Notes under the pieces: model-generated | What the model was told of the DNA's origin: nothing | The model's database searches: none | The model's input: only the letters and a program-made list of their open reading frames with translations | Made by a program: the position numbers and the translations under genes | In this document: in pieces, positions 1 to 11,300 of the stretch | Layout of the letters: the number at the start of each line of letters is the position of its first letter | Numbering within the stretch: position 1 is the first letter of the stretch | Assembly: GCF_006345805.1 (NCBI RefSeq) | Contig: NC_042997.1 | Location: 66,216,001 to 66,280,000, forward strand | DNA from: Octopus sinensis | Lineage: Eukaryota | DNA: 64,000 nucleotides | Direction: 5' to 3'

Positions 1-229
1 GAAAAATGTTGGTCTTTATTTTGAAGAATAGTTGTTATTTTTGAATAAATTCTTGCATAAAAAATCATTATTTTAATATGGCACATGAACTTATTCTTCA
101 ACCTAGTAATTTATCAATCCCATAAAAATGAAGCTGAAGTTGACCTCAGCAGGACTTAAACTCAAATGTAAAGAGTTAAAGGCATTTTCTCAAAAGCACT
201 ATCAATTTTACCAATCCATCACTCTAAGA

Positions 230-488
230 CAGTGGTTCTCAACCAATTTTTGTCCTGTGAACCTATTGGATTCCTATTTTACTCAGGGAGAAAAATCCTC
301 ATAGCCATTCAATATCTAAAAACTCCCATTATATTTTTATAATTAAATATTATTAGGAATTGTATTAAAAAATTGTTTAAATATTTTGTATAATGTAGAA
401 GTTTAATGAAATTATTACACACAAATTTTAACAACAAAATCTTATATGGACCCCCAAGGGCCATATGGACTCTGGTTGAGAACTACTG
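230..488. mobile_element. hAT (Charlie-like) MITE, 259 bp
   Basis: TIRs cagtggttctcaacc / ggttgagaactactg; perfect 8-bp TSD ctctaaga at 222-229 and 489-496. Confidence 0.9.
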
Positions 489-1314
489 CTCTAAGATAAT
501 AATTGATATATAGAACAAGGCCCCCAAATTTGTTGGGAGAGGAGGCAGTTGATTAAATTGATTTCCTGGACTTGTATTTATTTATTGAAGGTAAAGTTGA
601 CTGCAGCAAGATTTGAGCTTGGAATGTAAAAAGGAAGAACAAATACTGCAAGGCACTTTTTCTGATGTTCTAATTCTGCCCCATAGCCAAAAGACCCCAA
701 AATGAAGGAAACTGTCCAGAGATGAAACAGAAATAGAAAATACAAAAAGACATGCAGTGGGGATTTACAGTATGTTAAGAGGGTGAGATCAGCCAAATAA
801 TAACGACATATTAGTAATTAGATAATAAATAGCAATAGCAATGTAGGCTGACACAATAGAGACAAGAAAGACACCCTAAAATAGGAGAAAGACAACTAGA
901 TGGGTGAACAGCCATGCACATCCACAGATTACCCTAATATTAATAATAATAACACATTTTAATTTAGAAATGTAAATATTCTATTTCAGAATGAAAAGAA
1001 CTGGAATGAATGCATTTTGTTCGATGCTCTGACAATTCTGCCAATACACTGCCTCAAATAATGACTTCCAATTTAGGTACAAGGCTAGCAGTTTTAGAGG
1101 GAAAGGGGTTAGCCAATAATAATCAACTACCGTACTTGGCTGGTAGTCTTATTTTGGTTAGTCTAAGGCTATAGTAAAAGGCACTTGTCTAATCTGCCAC
1201 ACCGTGGGAATGAACCCAGAACCATGTGGTTGGGAATCAAACAACTTAATAGATGATGATGATGATGAATACTTGGCTGGTAGCTTATTTTATTGAAAAA
1301 GAAAATATACACGA

Positions 1315-1620
1315 AGGCAGGCATGGATATGTGGTTAAGAAGTGTGCTTCCCAACCACATGATTCTGGGTTCAATCTCACTGTGTGACAAATTGGGGCAA
1401 GTGTCTTCTACGATGGCCTCAAGCCAACCAAAACAGCATGTAGATTTGTTAGTTATATGGAAACTCAAAAAAGCCCATCATGTGTGTGTGTGTATAGAAA
1501 CACGTGAGGGTTGGTGATGGGGAGAGCATCCAGCCACAGAAAATCTGCCTCAGTAAGAAATTTTGTTGGGTCATGCAAATACAGAAAAGTGGATGTCTAA
1601 AATGATGAAGTGGATGTTGA
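1315..1620 (+). mobile_element. tRNA-derived SINE, family A
   Basis: Head ggcatggatatgtggttaagaagtgtgcttcccaaccac with B-box-like gggttcaatctc. Related copies near 13240-13620, 16360-16560, 23450-23580, 43430-43570 (-), 44560-44900, 46240-46620, 48880-49250, 58205-58260 and 59310-59490 (-). Confidence 0.8.
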
Positions 1621-2399
1621 AGGGAAGTTTCAAAATGTCAAAGAACAGAACACCAAGCTACAAGACAACTTTATAATTCCTGCAACATTCAGGAGAATAG
1701 TGAGAGGGGGACAGAAAGGAAAGGAGGAGAAAGAGGAGAGAAGAAAGAAAGGAGAAGATAGAAACAACAAAAAGAAAAAAATTGGAAAGAAGGAAAAATT
1801 AAGAAAAAGTGAAAAAGAAAGAGAAAGAATATAGATGACAGATAGCATTTTCTAGCACGATGAAGATGTATCATATATTTGGCATAGAAAATATGGACCC
1901 AACATGAAATAATAAAATGGTTTCACTCGCTACACACACACACACAAGCAATAAGAGTGTAATTTACAAAAATATTCTGGAAAATTCAGCTGAATCTGTG
2001 ATGATTGAGCCAAAATTCAATTTAGTAATACTCCAAACTTCAAAACCATATTAACAAGCGGTAATATTAATGCTTTTGAAGATGACACTCGAGTGTTCTA
2101 ACACTTAACAGCTATCTCATTAAAGTTATGTATTGAAGTCCCATGTATTTTCCAATTTTTTATTGCATGTTTTTTATACTTTTTTTTCATGCTGTTGATT
2201 CTGATGTTTTTCTTTTCTTTTTTTTTTGTAGTTCATTTAAAACAATATTGACAAATCTCATAGCAAGCAACATAAAATAGTGACATCCTTCTTCCAATCA
2301 GCTGAGTCCACAATGTGGTTCAGATTTTGTTTGAAGCTATTTCACTTCACAAACAACACCTCTAATTTACTAGCACCAGGAAAAATAAAAAATAAAAAA

Positions 2400-3500
2400 T
2401 AATAATAATAATAATAATAATAATCCTTTCTGCTATAGGCACAAGGCCTAAAATTGGGGGAGGGGCAGAGTCACTTACATCAACCTCAGTACTCAGCTGA
2501 TACTTTTTTCATTGACTCCGAAATTATGAAAAGTAAAGTCAATCTTGGCAGAATTTGAACTCAGAACATAGTGACAGATGACATGTCGCTAAGCATTTTG
2601 CCCAGTGTGCTAATGATGCTGCCAGCTCACAACCTTAAAAATAATGTCAATAACAATGATGATGATGATGATGATTGTGGTAGAAGGCCAGTAATTTGAG
2701 GGGAGGGGCAAATCAATTTCATCAACCCCCAATAGGATGAAAAGCAGAGTCAATCTTGGCAGAATTTGACAGACAGATGAAATGTGACAAAGTATTTTCT
2801 TCAGTGTGCTAATGATTCTGTCAGCTTTCAACCTCAATAATAATAATAATCCTTCATACTATAGGCACAAGACCGGGAATTTGGGGGGAGGGGGGTTAAG
2901 CGATTATATTGATTCCAGTGCTTAACTGGTACTTATTTTATTGACCCCAAAAGGATGAAAAGCAAAGTTAATCTCAGTGTGAGTCGAACTCAGAATGTAA
3001 AGATGGGTGAAATACTGCCAAGCATTTCGCCTGGCAATCTAATGATTCTACCAGCTTGCCACCTTAATAATAATAATAATAATCCTTTCTACTAAGGGCA
3101 CAAAGCCTGAAATTTGTGGGGAAGTACTAGTAAACCCCAGCAGTTGATGGACACTTATTTCTTCGATCTCAAAAAGATGAAAGGCAAAATCGACCTTGAC
3201 AGAATCTGAAGTCAGAATATGATGACATATGAAATACTGCAAAGCATTTTGTCCAGCGTGCTAAAGATTCTGCCAGCTCACTATCATAATAATAATAATA
3301 ATCCTTTCTATTAAAGGCACAAGGCCTGAAATTTGGTGGGAGGGATTAAGCCAATTACATTGACCTGAAAGGATGAAAGGCAATGTTGACCTCAGTGGAA
3401 TTTGAACTCAGAATGTATTGGCAAACAAAATGCTACTAGGTATTTCACCAGGCATACTAATGATCGCTGCCTGAATAATAATAATAATAATAATAATGAT
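2400..3500 (-). mobile_element. Cluster of about 5 head-to-tail SINE copies (family B, about 230 bp) separated by (AAT)n
   Basis: Repeated ggcacaaggcc...gatgaaaggcaaagtcaa...gaatttgaactcagaa...gattctgccagct. The minus strand carries A-box-like tggcagaatc and B-box-like gagttcaaattc. Confidence 0.85.
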
Positions 3501-3599
3501 AATAATAATTTCTTTTATAACAATAACAACACTTGGCAGTGGCAGCTGTCCATCATAGGTCAATGCTGATTGTTCATGTTTAGTAATTATCTCTGCCAT

Positions 3600-3960
3600 T
3601 CAGTAATCATCATGTGGGCTACAAGGCCTGCAGAAGTGATGACAAGCTGCAGGCCAAGCTACTTGACTCAACAGAGGAGTGACATCTCACATCTACTTTT
3701 CCATAATCTCTCTTTCTCATCAATGGGTGGAATTACAAGCTTCAGCTATCAGTGCCATTCACTGAGTCACAGGGCTTTCTCCTTCAAGGTGTCTGGAGGG
3801 ATGCCAAAGTTCTTCATATGTCTCTTCAGCACATCTCTGTATCACAACCTTTGGTCACCATGGCTGTGCCTGCCCTGACACAGATTAGCATAGAAAACTG
3901 CCTTTGGGAGCCTACAGCTATTGCAAACATATCAAAATCAATGTCAAAACTTCCTATTTG
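3600..3960 (-). pseudogene. RTE-clade LINE ORF C-terminal relic
   Basis: Minus strand reads RLPKAVFYANLCQGRHSHGDQRL*YRDVLKRHMKNFGIPPDTLKEKAL, matching the RTE/BovB-type C-terminal pattern. Confidence 0.8.
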
Positions 3961-4419
3961 AATAACACCACCTTCACAGTATAGTCATTATCTGTTCCAT
4001 CTCAACCACAAGCAAAGTAGAACATGCTATTGTTGTTGTTGGTAGTGGTGGTGTAGTTATTGATTTTTCAAGTCAACATTGAGTGAGTAGAACTTTGATA
4101 AGAAATGCTCAAACTCTTTCTTTAAATTATAATATAGAGCAATTGAAAATTCCTTTTAGAATCTATATGAAATGACAACCAAATGAGGTTAGTTGAAGTT
4201 TCTAATGTATGCCTTCTCTCCCTGACCACAGCCTTTCCCCACCACCCCACCTCATACACTAACCCATCTCTGATCCAAGTCAGGGATTTCCTATCATTCA
4301 TGCTGTCAGCCACCCCCACCAGATGCCTTGACAATTGAACAGCATTACTATTATATTGTGCCACTGTTATGACAATGAATATTCTCACATCATCTACATA
4401 CACTTTATTATATCATCAA

Positions 4420-4620
4420 CAACATCGTTTAACATCTTATTTCCATGCACACATGGGTCAGACAGCATGACATGACAAGCCAGAGGGCTCTTCCGGGTTC
4501 TATGTCTGCCTTAGCATGGGTTCTACAGCTGGATGTCCTTTCTAACATCAACCACTTAACAGAGTGTAATGGGTGCTTTTTACATGACACCAATGCCAGT
4601 GAGGTTGTCAAATACCTGCA
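4420..4620. mobile_element. Abundant interspersed repeat, family C (catcatcgtttaacatc...ctacagctggatgcccttcc...)
   Basis: Copies near 14030, 14260, 14640, 19500, 37050, 38560, 41500, 42170, 44320, 45640, 53860, 56400, 57340, 58820 and 61190, in both orientations. Confidence 0.8.
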
Positions 4621-4691
4621 AGATAAGTACATATGTGTGTGCATGTGCTTGAATATGTCGTGTGTCAGTCTGTCTGCCTGTGTGTATACAA

Positions 4692-4730
<39 letters not shown>

Positions 4731-4776
4731 AGACAATGATCATTACATATTTTTCTTTATTGTAGTAAATCTAACA

Positions 4777-4932
4777 TACAGCTGTTTCCAGTAAGCATTA
4801 CAGGTTCATTATTGATAAGTTTATTCAATCAGCCCATTGATCAGTTGAGAAAAATTGAACGACCTCGTTATATGGGTTGCTTGAGTAAACCTATCAATAA
4901 CAAATTTATAATGACTACAGGAAACAGCTGTA
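4777..4932. repeat. Imperfect inverted repeat (156 bp)
   Basis: tacagctgtttcc (4777-4789) / ggaaacagctgta (4920-4932) perfect 13 bp; inner arms 4809-4837 and 4872-4900 match at 25 of 29 positions. Confidence 0.85.
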
Positions 4933-5206
4933 AGCCAAATTTACAACAATTAATATAAATACATAATGACCATTATTAATACCATGCAATGTATATCACT
5001 CTGTGTAAAAACCAGTACAACTGGAGCACAACCACAGATTTACAATATAGAATGGTGATGAACTATAATCTCAGACTCTACCACAAGAACACACAGAGTT
5101 ATTCACCAATCTAAACAATATTGCTAACTTGGTGTACTAATAGAGGGCTTATAAAGTATTTTGCCCTGATTGATAAAACATTTTAACAAGTACCCACAAT
5201 ACAAGG

Positions 5207-6038
5207 AAGGAGGCAGGTTGCTCTTGCAGGGTATATAATAACTGTCCAATAGGAGGCTGATGCGAGGCTGAGAGGGTCATCTACGAAGCTATGGTGATAC
5301 CTAGACCCGATATCAACAATAACAGTAATGTACCATCAAACATCAATATTATTAGCAATTTAACCAGTTCTCACACCAATGCAATTGCCACACCCAGAGA
5401 TAATAACCAGTCTGAGACCAGCATCACAGAACATCGCTGAAGACCCCGGTACCACCGCCACGAATAATGAACAAACCATAGATACAGATAGTGACCAGGT
5501 CCACAATGTATATTACTACCAGTACAAAAGCCACACCTAGAAATAATGACCAGGACTAGTCACTTGGAGGAGGTATCCGCCGTTCCCAGTTCCACCACCT
5601 CAGAAGATGGACAAATATTTATCTTCAACACCAATGGGATGACCAGCCCTCCACCATATATTACCAGTGATGTGAATAGGACCACATCCCATGTGTGTAA
5701 ATATATTGGTTCCATGAGTATTTCATTCAAGGGACATTTTCTTAACCACCAGTCATCCTTCAGTCTCAGAAAGACAGCTTGTCATGTCCCTAGCCTGCCA
5801 TGTATGGTACCTCAAAGATCAAGGGACCCCATATGACATCAGGTGGAAATTAATTGATGATTCGGGCCCATATATTAATGGAAGTGGCCATTGCAAGATT
5901 TGCATCGTGGAGAGAGCCAAAATTCTTAAGAACTATAAGAAACCTGTTGCATCAAATAGACGTAAAGAAGTGTTTTCTAAATGTATCCACTTCAAGTGCT
6001 ACTTACTGGAAAATTGGATCTCCCCATTAGCTAGTTAG
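5207..6038 (+). pseudogene. Penelope-like element GIY-YIG endonuclease domain, disrupted
   Basis: GCSCRVYNNCPIGG*CEAERVIYEAMV (from 5207), then KYIGSMSISFKGHFLNHQSSF (from 5699), then after a frameshift SLACHVWYLKDQGTPYDIRWKL..PY..CKICIVERAKIL..NRRKEVFSKCIH. This fits C-terminal-EN PLE motifs. Confidence 0.85.
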
Positions 6039-6181
6039 GCCTCTTCAGATCTATAAGGGTTTCTGCCCCCTCTGATTCAGGAGAGATAACCCATCTTCAT
6101 TAATGTTTTTGTTAAGACTAATTCCTTAAGTTCTGAGTGTTTCTTCGTGTCTGCAATGTAGATATTTTAGATTTTGTATTT

Positions 6182-6249
6182 ACATAGAGTCTGACGAGGT
6201 GTCCACAATGCTTTGCTTTGTGGATGTGAAACCTTGGGTAACTCTATGT
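6182..6249 (+). ncRNA. Type I hammerhead ribozyme downstream of the PLE ORF
   Basis: Stem I acatagagt/actctatgt (9 bp perfect); core CUGACGA; stem II gtgtccac/gtggatgt (three G-U pairs, one extra G); GAAA; stem III ACC-UUG-GGU; GUA triplet ending at 6240. Confidence 0.8.
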
Positions 6250-6342
6250 CCAAGATATAAAATTTTTGTTGGAATAATTACTGCTGTATTCATTAGAGTG
6301 TGCTTCTTTCTGATATGTTTTTTTTTATTAACTATTATAATA

Positions 6343-6344
<2 letters not shown>

Positions 6345-6391
<47 letters not shown>
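6345..6391. repeat. (TA)n microsatellite
   Basis: Pure TA run just 3' of the PLE. Confidence 0.95.
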
Positions 6392-6394
<3 letters not shown>

Positions 6395-7499
6395 GGTGGT
6401 TACCTCCCCTATTAATATATGTCTAGAGTTGCACTCTTCTTACAGCATTAAGAGTATTTTAACTCTTATTTCTAGCAATGCAGGTGTTTCAGCACCCTTA
6501 GTCAGATTTAGTGATGATTGAAATTTTCCTTTAAGGTATCATATTGCACCTGGTTGTTTATATTAATTTTTAGTATATATATATTGATACTGCATGCAAA
6601 TCATAAGCAAAAATGTCACCATACAAACAGTGATTTGTTTGTAATCTTCTGGGGGGAAAAATTGTTTGGACAAGGGGAATATGTTAACTTGCTTGGAAAC
6701 AGGTGAGAGTTGGTAACAGAAGGAGCAACCAGCCATAGAAAGTCTGTCTCACTGAATTTCGTCTGACCCATGCAGGCATGGTAAAGTAGACGTGCACATG
6801 TGAGTCTGTGTGTTAAGATATTGACAACAAAATAGTAAAGAAAGTATTAAAAATGTATAAAAACAAAATTTTAACAAAATATAAAGTAAAAATGTTATAT
6901 ATATCATTTTAATGGTAAAGGAATTACTGCATCACTACATATCTCATTCCCTTAAAAGACAGCAGAGATTGATTTGAGAGAGAATTAACTGCTATTTCTA
7001 AAGGCTTAATTGACCATGTACATATAGGCCACCTCACTGGCTTGCTGCAGAGTATGTTGTATCAATAGGCAAGAAGGAAAAAAAATTAATAAAGAGTAGT
7101 ACTAAAAGACTAAACAATTATTTCAAAGAATTTAATTTCACCCAACTGTACTTTAAGTTAGTATCCTGTTGGGATTGATTTTTTGTCTTCTACGCTTCCT
7201 GAGTTGAAAAAAAAAATAAGTACCATAAATAAAGTAATGTCAATTCAATCATCTATACATTTTTCTCTTACAATTTGTGGCATTACGCCAGTGTGAAAAG
7301 TGTTCATAAATATTTGAATTTATGGACAAATGTCCATAAAATGAGGTGCTTGTCTGCTTCACAGACACTCTGATATTAGTCATTCTATAATTGCCAGTAT
7401 TAGCCTCAAACCATTTCACATTTCAAAGATATGGTAGGCAAACCACAACACCTTTATTTTGTTTAACTACACTCTTACCAATAATGATAATGGTTTTTA

Positions 7500-7536
<37 letters not shown>

Positions 7537-8010
7537 GGTAGCGAGCTGGCAGAATTGTTAGCACGCCGGGCGAAATACTTAGTGGTATTTTCTCTGTCTT
7601 CACATTCTGAGTTCTAATTCCATCAAGGTCAATTTATATTTCATCCTTTCAGGATCAATAAAATAAGTACTAGTTAAGTACTAGGATTGATGTAATCAAC
7701 TTACCCCCTCCTCTGGAACTGCTGGCCTTCTGCCAAAATTTGAAATCATTATTATTATTATTATTATTATTAAAATTATTGGGTAGAGAACTGAAAGAAA
7801 CATTAACATGTTGGACAAAAAATGCTTAGCAGCATTTCTTCTGACTCATTACATTCTGCATTCAAATTCCGCCAAGGTCAACTTTGCCTGTCATCCTTTC
7901 AGGGTCAATAAAATAAGTACCAGCTGCAAACTAGGGTTGGTGTAATCAATTTACTCCCTCAGCCCTTGAATTTAATGGCCTTGAGTCAAAATTTGAAACT
8001 ATTATTATTA
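7537..8010 (+). mobile_element. Two tandem family B SINEs
   Basis: aaggtagcgagctggcagaattgttagcacgccgg head and (ATT)n tails. Confidence 0.85.
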
Positions 8011-8012
8011 TC

Positions 8013-8212
8013 ATTGTTCTTTATATCTCAGGTTTTGTTGCAACTCCTGGAGTCTTGTATGTATAGCAGACTTGCTACCTGCAGCCTATGGTGCCATGCG
8101 ATCTGTTCTTTTCAACTAATACATTCCTGGTTATTCTGGCTGCGCCAAGGAAACAAACCTTTTGTAACAGCTCTACTGGGCACTCTATTATTATTCCAAT
8201 ACCTTTTTATAT
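8013..8212 (-). mobile_element. R4/Dong-like LINE 3' fragment (inverted copy of the 9814-10068 fragment)
   Basis: About 80 of 91 nt identical to the reverse complement of about 9959-10049 in the best segment. Confidence 0.75.
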
Positions 8213-8774
8213 ACATTTATTTTATAGATATCATTGAGGCATTAAAATGGAAAGCAATGTGCTTTATTTTATATCTAGTTCAGAATCTGACTGTTTTACG
8301 TTTGAAATCTGCATGAATTTGCTGGTGCCATTGATAGGATAAGAAACAATAATATACAGGGATTGATATAAGGAAAATAGCCTGCCCAACCATAGGCAGA
8401 GTCAAAAGAAATCAGTTAAACTAGTTAGTTAATGTACTGAATTACATGCTCTAAAGCAAGGAGCTGTAGCCTGAGAAGTGATACAATCAGGGTTGCTAAG
8501 AGAAAGATTTATACTCAGGGTGAAACTGATTTACAAGCCTCCAAACCACAAATTATTAAAATCGAAACAATATGCAACATTTTTAATTATCTATTTATTT
8601 ATTTAGAAAGATCATACAGTAACTACTCGTGTCTTCATTTTTCAGAAGTGTTTTGTGTGCCTCCTATGTGCAAAGTGTTCTATACTAATGATAGTAATAA
8701 TCTTTTCAACTATAGGTACAAGGCATTAAATTTTGGGGGGAGGAGTTAAGTCAATCACATTGACCCCAGTAATC

Positions 8775-9111
8775 TTGAAACCCCCTTCAGTCATGAACGA
8801 CCATGGGATTGCACCTACAAATTTACACTCCAAGGCACAAGTCCAGGCAAGGTTGTTTATGGAAGGCCAGTAGTCGCCCATGCATACCAGCCTCCCCGCT
8901 TCACGCCACTGATGTTATCCAAGGGAAAGGCAAAGGCCGATACAGCTTGGCACCAGTGACGTCGCAACTCATTTCTACAGCTGAGTGAACTGAAGCAACG
9001 TGAAATAAAGTGTCTTGCTCAAGAACACAACACGCAGCCCAGTCCGGGATTCGAGCTCACAACCTCACGATAATAAGCTCGACGCTCTAACCACTGAGCC
9101 ATGTGCCTTCA
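8775..9111 (-). mobile_element. tRNA-derived SINE (family D) inserted into a family B SINE
   Basis: Minus-strand head gaaggcacatggctcagtggttagagcg; putative TSD cagtaatc at 8767-8774 and 9112-9119; host SINE continues on both sides. Confidence 0.8.
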
Positions 9112-9276
9112 CAGTAATCAACTGTGCCCCAGTAAACTGGTACTTAATTTATCGACCCTGAAAGAATGGAAGCCAAAGTCAACCTCAGTGGAATTTGACC
9201 TCAGAACATAAAGATGGACAAAATGCCATTAAGCATTTTGCCCTGCATGCTAACAATTTTGCCAGCTTGCCACTTC

Positions 9277-9314
<38 letters not shown>

Positions 9315-9433
9315 CATAATAATAATAATAACAACAATAATAATAATAATAATCATAATAATAATAATAACAACAATAATAATAATAATAATAACAATAA
9401 TAATAATAACAATAATAATAATAACAATAATAA
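9277..9433. repeat. (AAT/AAC)n microsatellite
   Basis: About 50 trinucleotide units; source of the poly-N/poly-I ORF artefacts. Confidence 0.95.
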
Positions 9434-9800
9434 TGTTCAGTACAACGCATGCAGATTTACATGTTGGTTGCTTGACCTTGTGGCTGACAATGTGTACATC
9501 TCTGATCACAAGCAGGAGAAGCAGGGGCAGCATCAAAATCAGGTGTCAAGTGGAGTTTTTGTGGGTTTGAATAATTCACCTCTGGAAACAGTATATTTTG
9601 TTCATCATCCTTAAACAACCCTTATTCAGGGACCTTTTGAGCACTCTTTATTTTGATATGAGGTCACCATGTCATGCACATATGGCTGTGATGCATATAC
9701 TTGGTGAACCCTTACAAAACAGGTAGTCATGATGGGTATATTGGACTTCATATAGTTGTACCCCAGTGTTATTTTGATGGCATGTACTACTCCCTCACTC
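9420..9800. mobile_element. Interspersed repeat fragment, inverted homolog of about 24960-25500
   Basis: Shared blocks such as gaataattcacctctg, ccttaaacaacccttattcagggacctttt and gaggtcaccatgtca. Confidence 0.7.
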
Positions 9801-9813
9801 ATTAATAATAATA

Positions 9814-10068
9814 ATACCAATTATTGTTAGGTCCCTGGGGACAATAGCAGAAGGCATCAAGAGGAAGGTAAAGGAAATTGGAATAGAGTGGCCAGTAGAA
9901 CTATAACAAAAGGTTTGCCAACTTGGCATGGCCAGAATAATTAGGAAAGTATTAGATAGTTGAAAAGAACAGATAGCATGGTACCATAGGCTGCAGGCAG
10001 CAAGCCCGCTGCACATGCAAAACACCAGGAGTTCCAACAAAACCTGAGATAAAAAGAAATAATAATAA
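9814..10068 (+). mobile_element. R4/Dong-like (restriction-like endonuclease) LINE 3' end and 3' UTR
   Basis: IPIIVRSLGTIAEGIKRKVKEIGIEWPVEL*QKVCQLGMARIIRKVLDS* (9814-9963) matches the RLE C-terminal pattern IPVVIGALG...LQK..LLGTARIIRKVL; flanked by (AAT)n on both sides. Confidence 0.75.
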
Positions 10069-10314
10069 TCTTTTCTACTATAGGCACAAGATCTGGAATT
10101 TGAGGGGAGTGGGGTAGTTAATCACACCGACCCCAGCACTTTACTGGTACTTAATTTATCAACCCTGAAATGATGAAAGGCAAAGTTGATCTTGGCAGAA
10201 TTTGAACTCAGAATGTAAAGGTGAACGAAACACGGCAAAGCATTTTGTTCAGTGTGCAAATGATTCTCCAGTGCACCCCCTTAACAACAATAATCAGCAT
10301 CATCATTTAATGTC

Positions 10315-11300
10315 CATCTGAGTTTCAGTTTGCAGTTAAATCAAGCTGAGCTCACCAAATGATCTTAGGACTTGTTTACTCTGAGATAGTTCTGTATCAG
10401 TTCAAGTTTACTGAATGAATATTCTGCTGAGACTTGAAAGCTACAGGCATTTAGAAAATAATGTAGAGCAAGGCACAAATATGAGGAAACTTTACAGTTC
10501 AAATTGTACATCCCAAAAGTTACCACAGTGTATCACACAATCACACATTTCATGTTGATTAATTTATTTGCAAGCTTTTTGCTGTTAATATCATTCATGT
10601 AAATTTCTGCAACTGACACATATGCTATGGGCAAAAGGTTTTCTAATATAGACGGGTATTTGCAAAGGAATAAAAAGTATCAGAAATTTTCTTGGCAACT
10701 TCAAATTTTCTCATTAGACAACCAATGACAGAATCAACAACAACATAAGAAGCAGATGTCCAAAATAATGATTCTATATGTGTCTGAATATTTTACCAAG
10801 CTTTCATCACTTGAGTGGTTCTCATCAAAAAAATTTCTTTAATTTTCTCTCATTTGCTTGTAGTTTAATTTCAGTTTACAAATTGTAAGAGAGATGTTTT
10901 GATCCTGTCAACAGAGTGTCAAACTGATCTCAGTTTTCTGCAGATTTTCTATAAGCATTTCAACATTGTCCACTTCAATATCAACGGTGGAATCAGTTGC
11001 CTCTAATAATATGTTGCAGATGTTAATAGGAGTAAGAATGTTTAACTAGATAGATGTCATGAGTATGTATCTGATAGAGGACATGTAGTTAACGTCTTTC
11101 ATTACTGCCCTTCTTGTCTATAGTATTACATCAAGTTTCAGAACATTTTGCAAGGCTAACTGGATGCCATTGACATTTTATGCAAATGATTTCATTTTAT
11201 TGATTCTAGTTATTCCCGAGTAGTTGACATATGAGGCAATGAATGACAACCTATGTAAAGGTAGCAGAAGAATCTGCCATTTTTGTGGAATATAGAAATA
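10315..11300 (-). pseudogene. hAT transposase relic including the C-terminal dimerization domain
   Basis: Minus strand: STVDIEV..., RKLKKFFDENHSSDES, YVVVDSVIGCLMRKFEVAKKISDTF, FPHICALL..., AEYSFSKLELIQNYLR (10380-10427; hATC motif AERSFSKLKLIKNYLR). 5' boundary uncertain. Confidence 0.8.

Noticed and set aside
5258-5260. In-frame TGA next to a Cys in the PLE linker (possible selenocysteine, as reported for some Naiad PLEs)
   Set aside because: It falls at the variable position before the conserved Cys, not at a Cys position, and the copy has other stops and frameshifts. Ordinary decay is the simpler explanation
6480-6520. Minus-strand ctgactaagggtgctgaaacacctgca, resembling a hammerhead
   Set aside because: Core G8, stem II and the cleavage triplet are all broken
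9195-9614. Poly-Asn/poly-Ile ORFs of 110-140 aa
   Set aside because: Translations of the (AAT)n microsatellite
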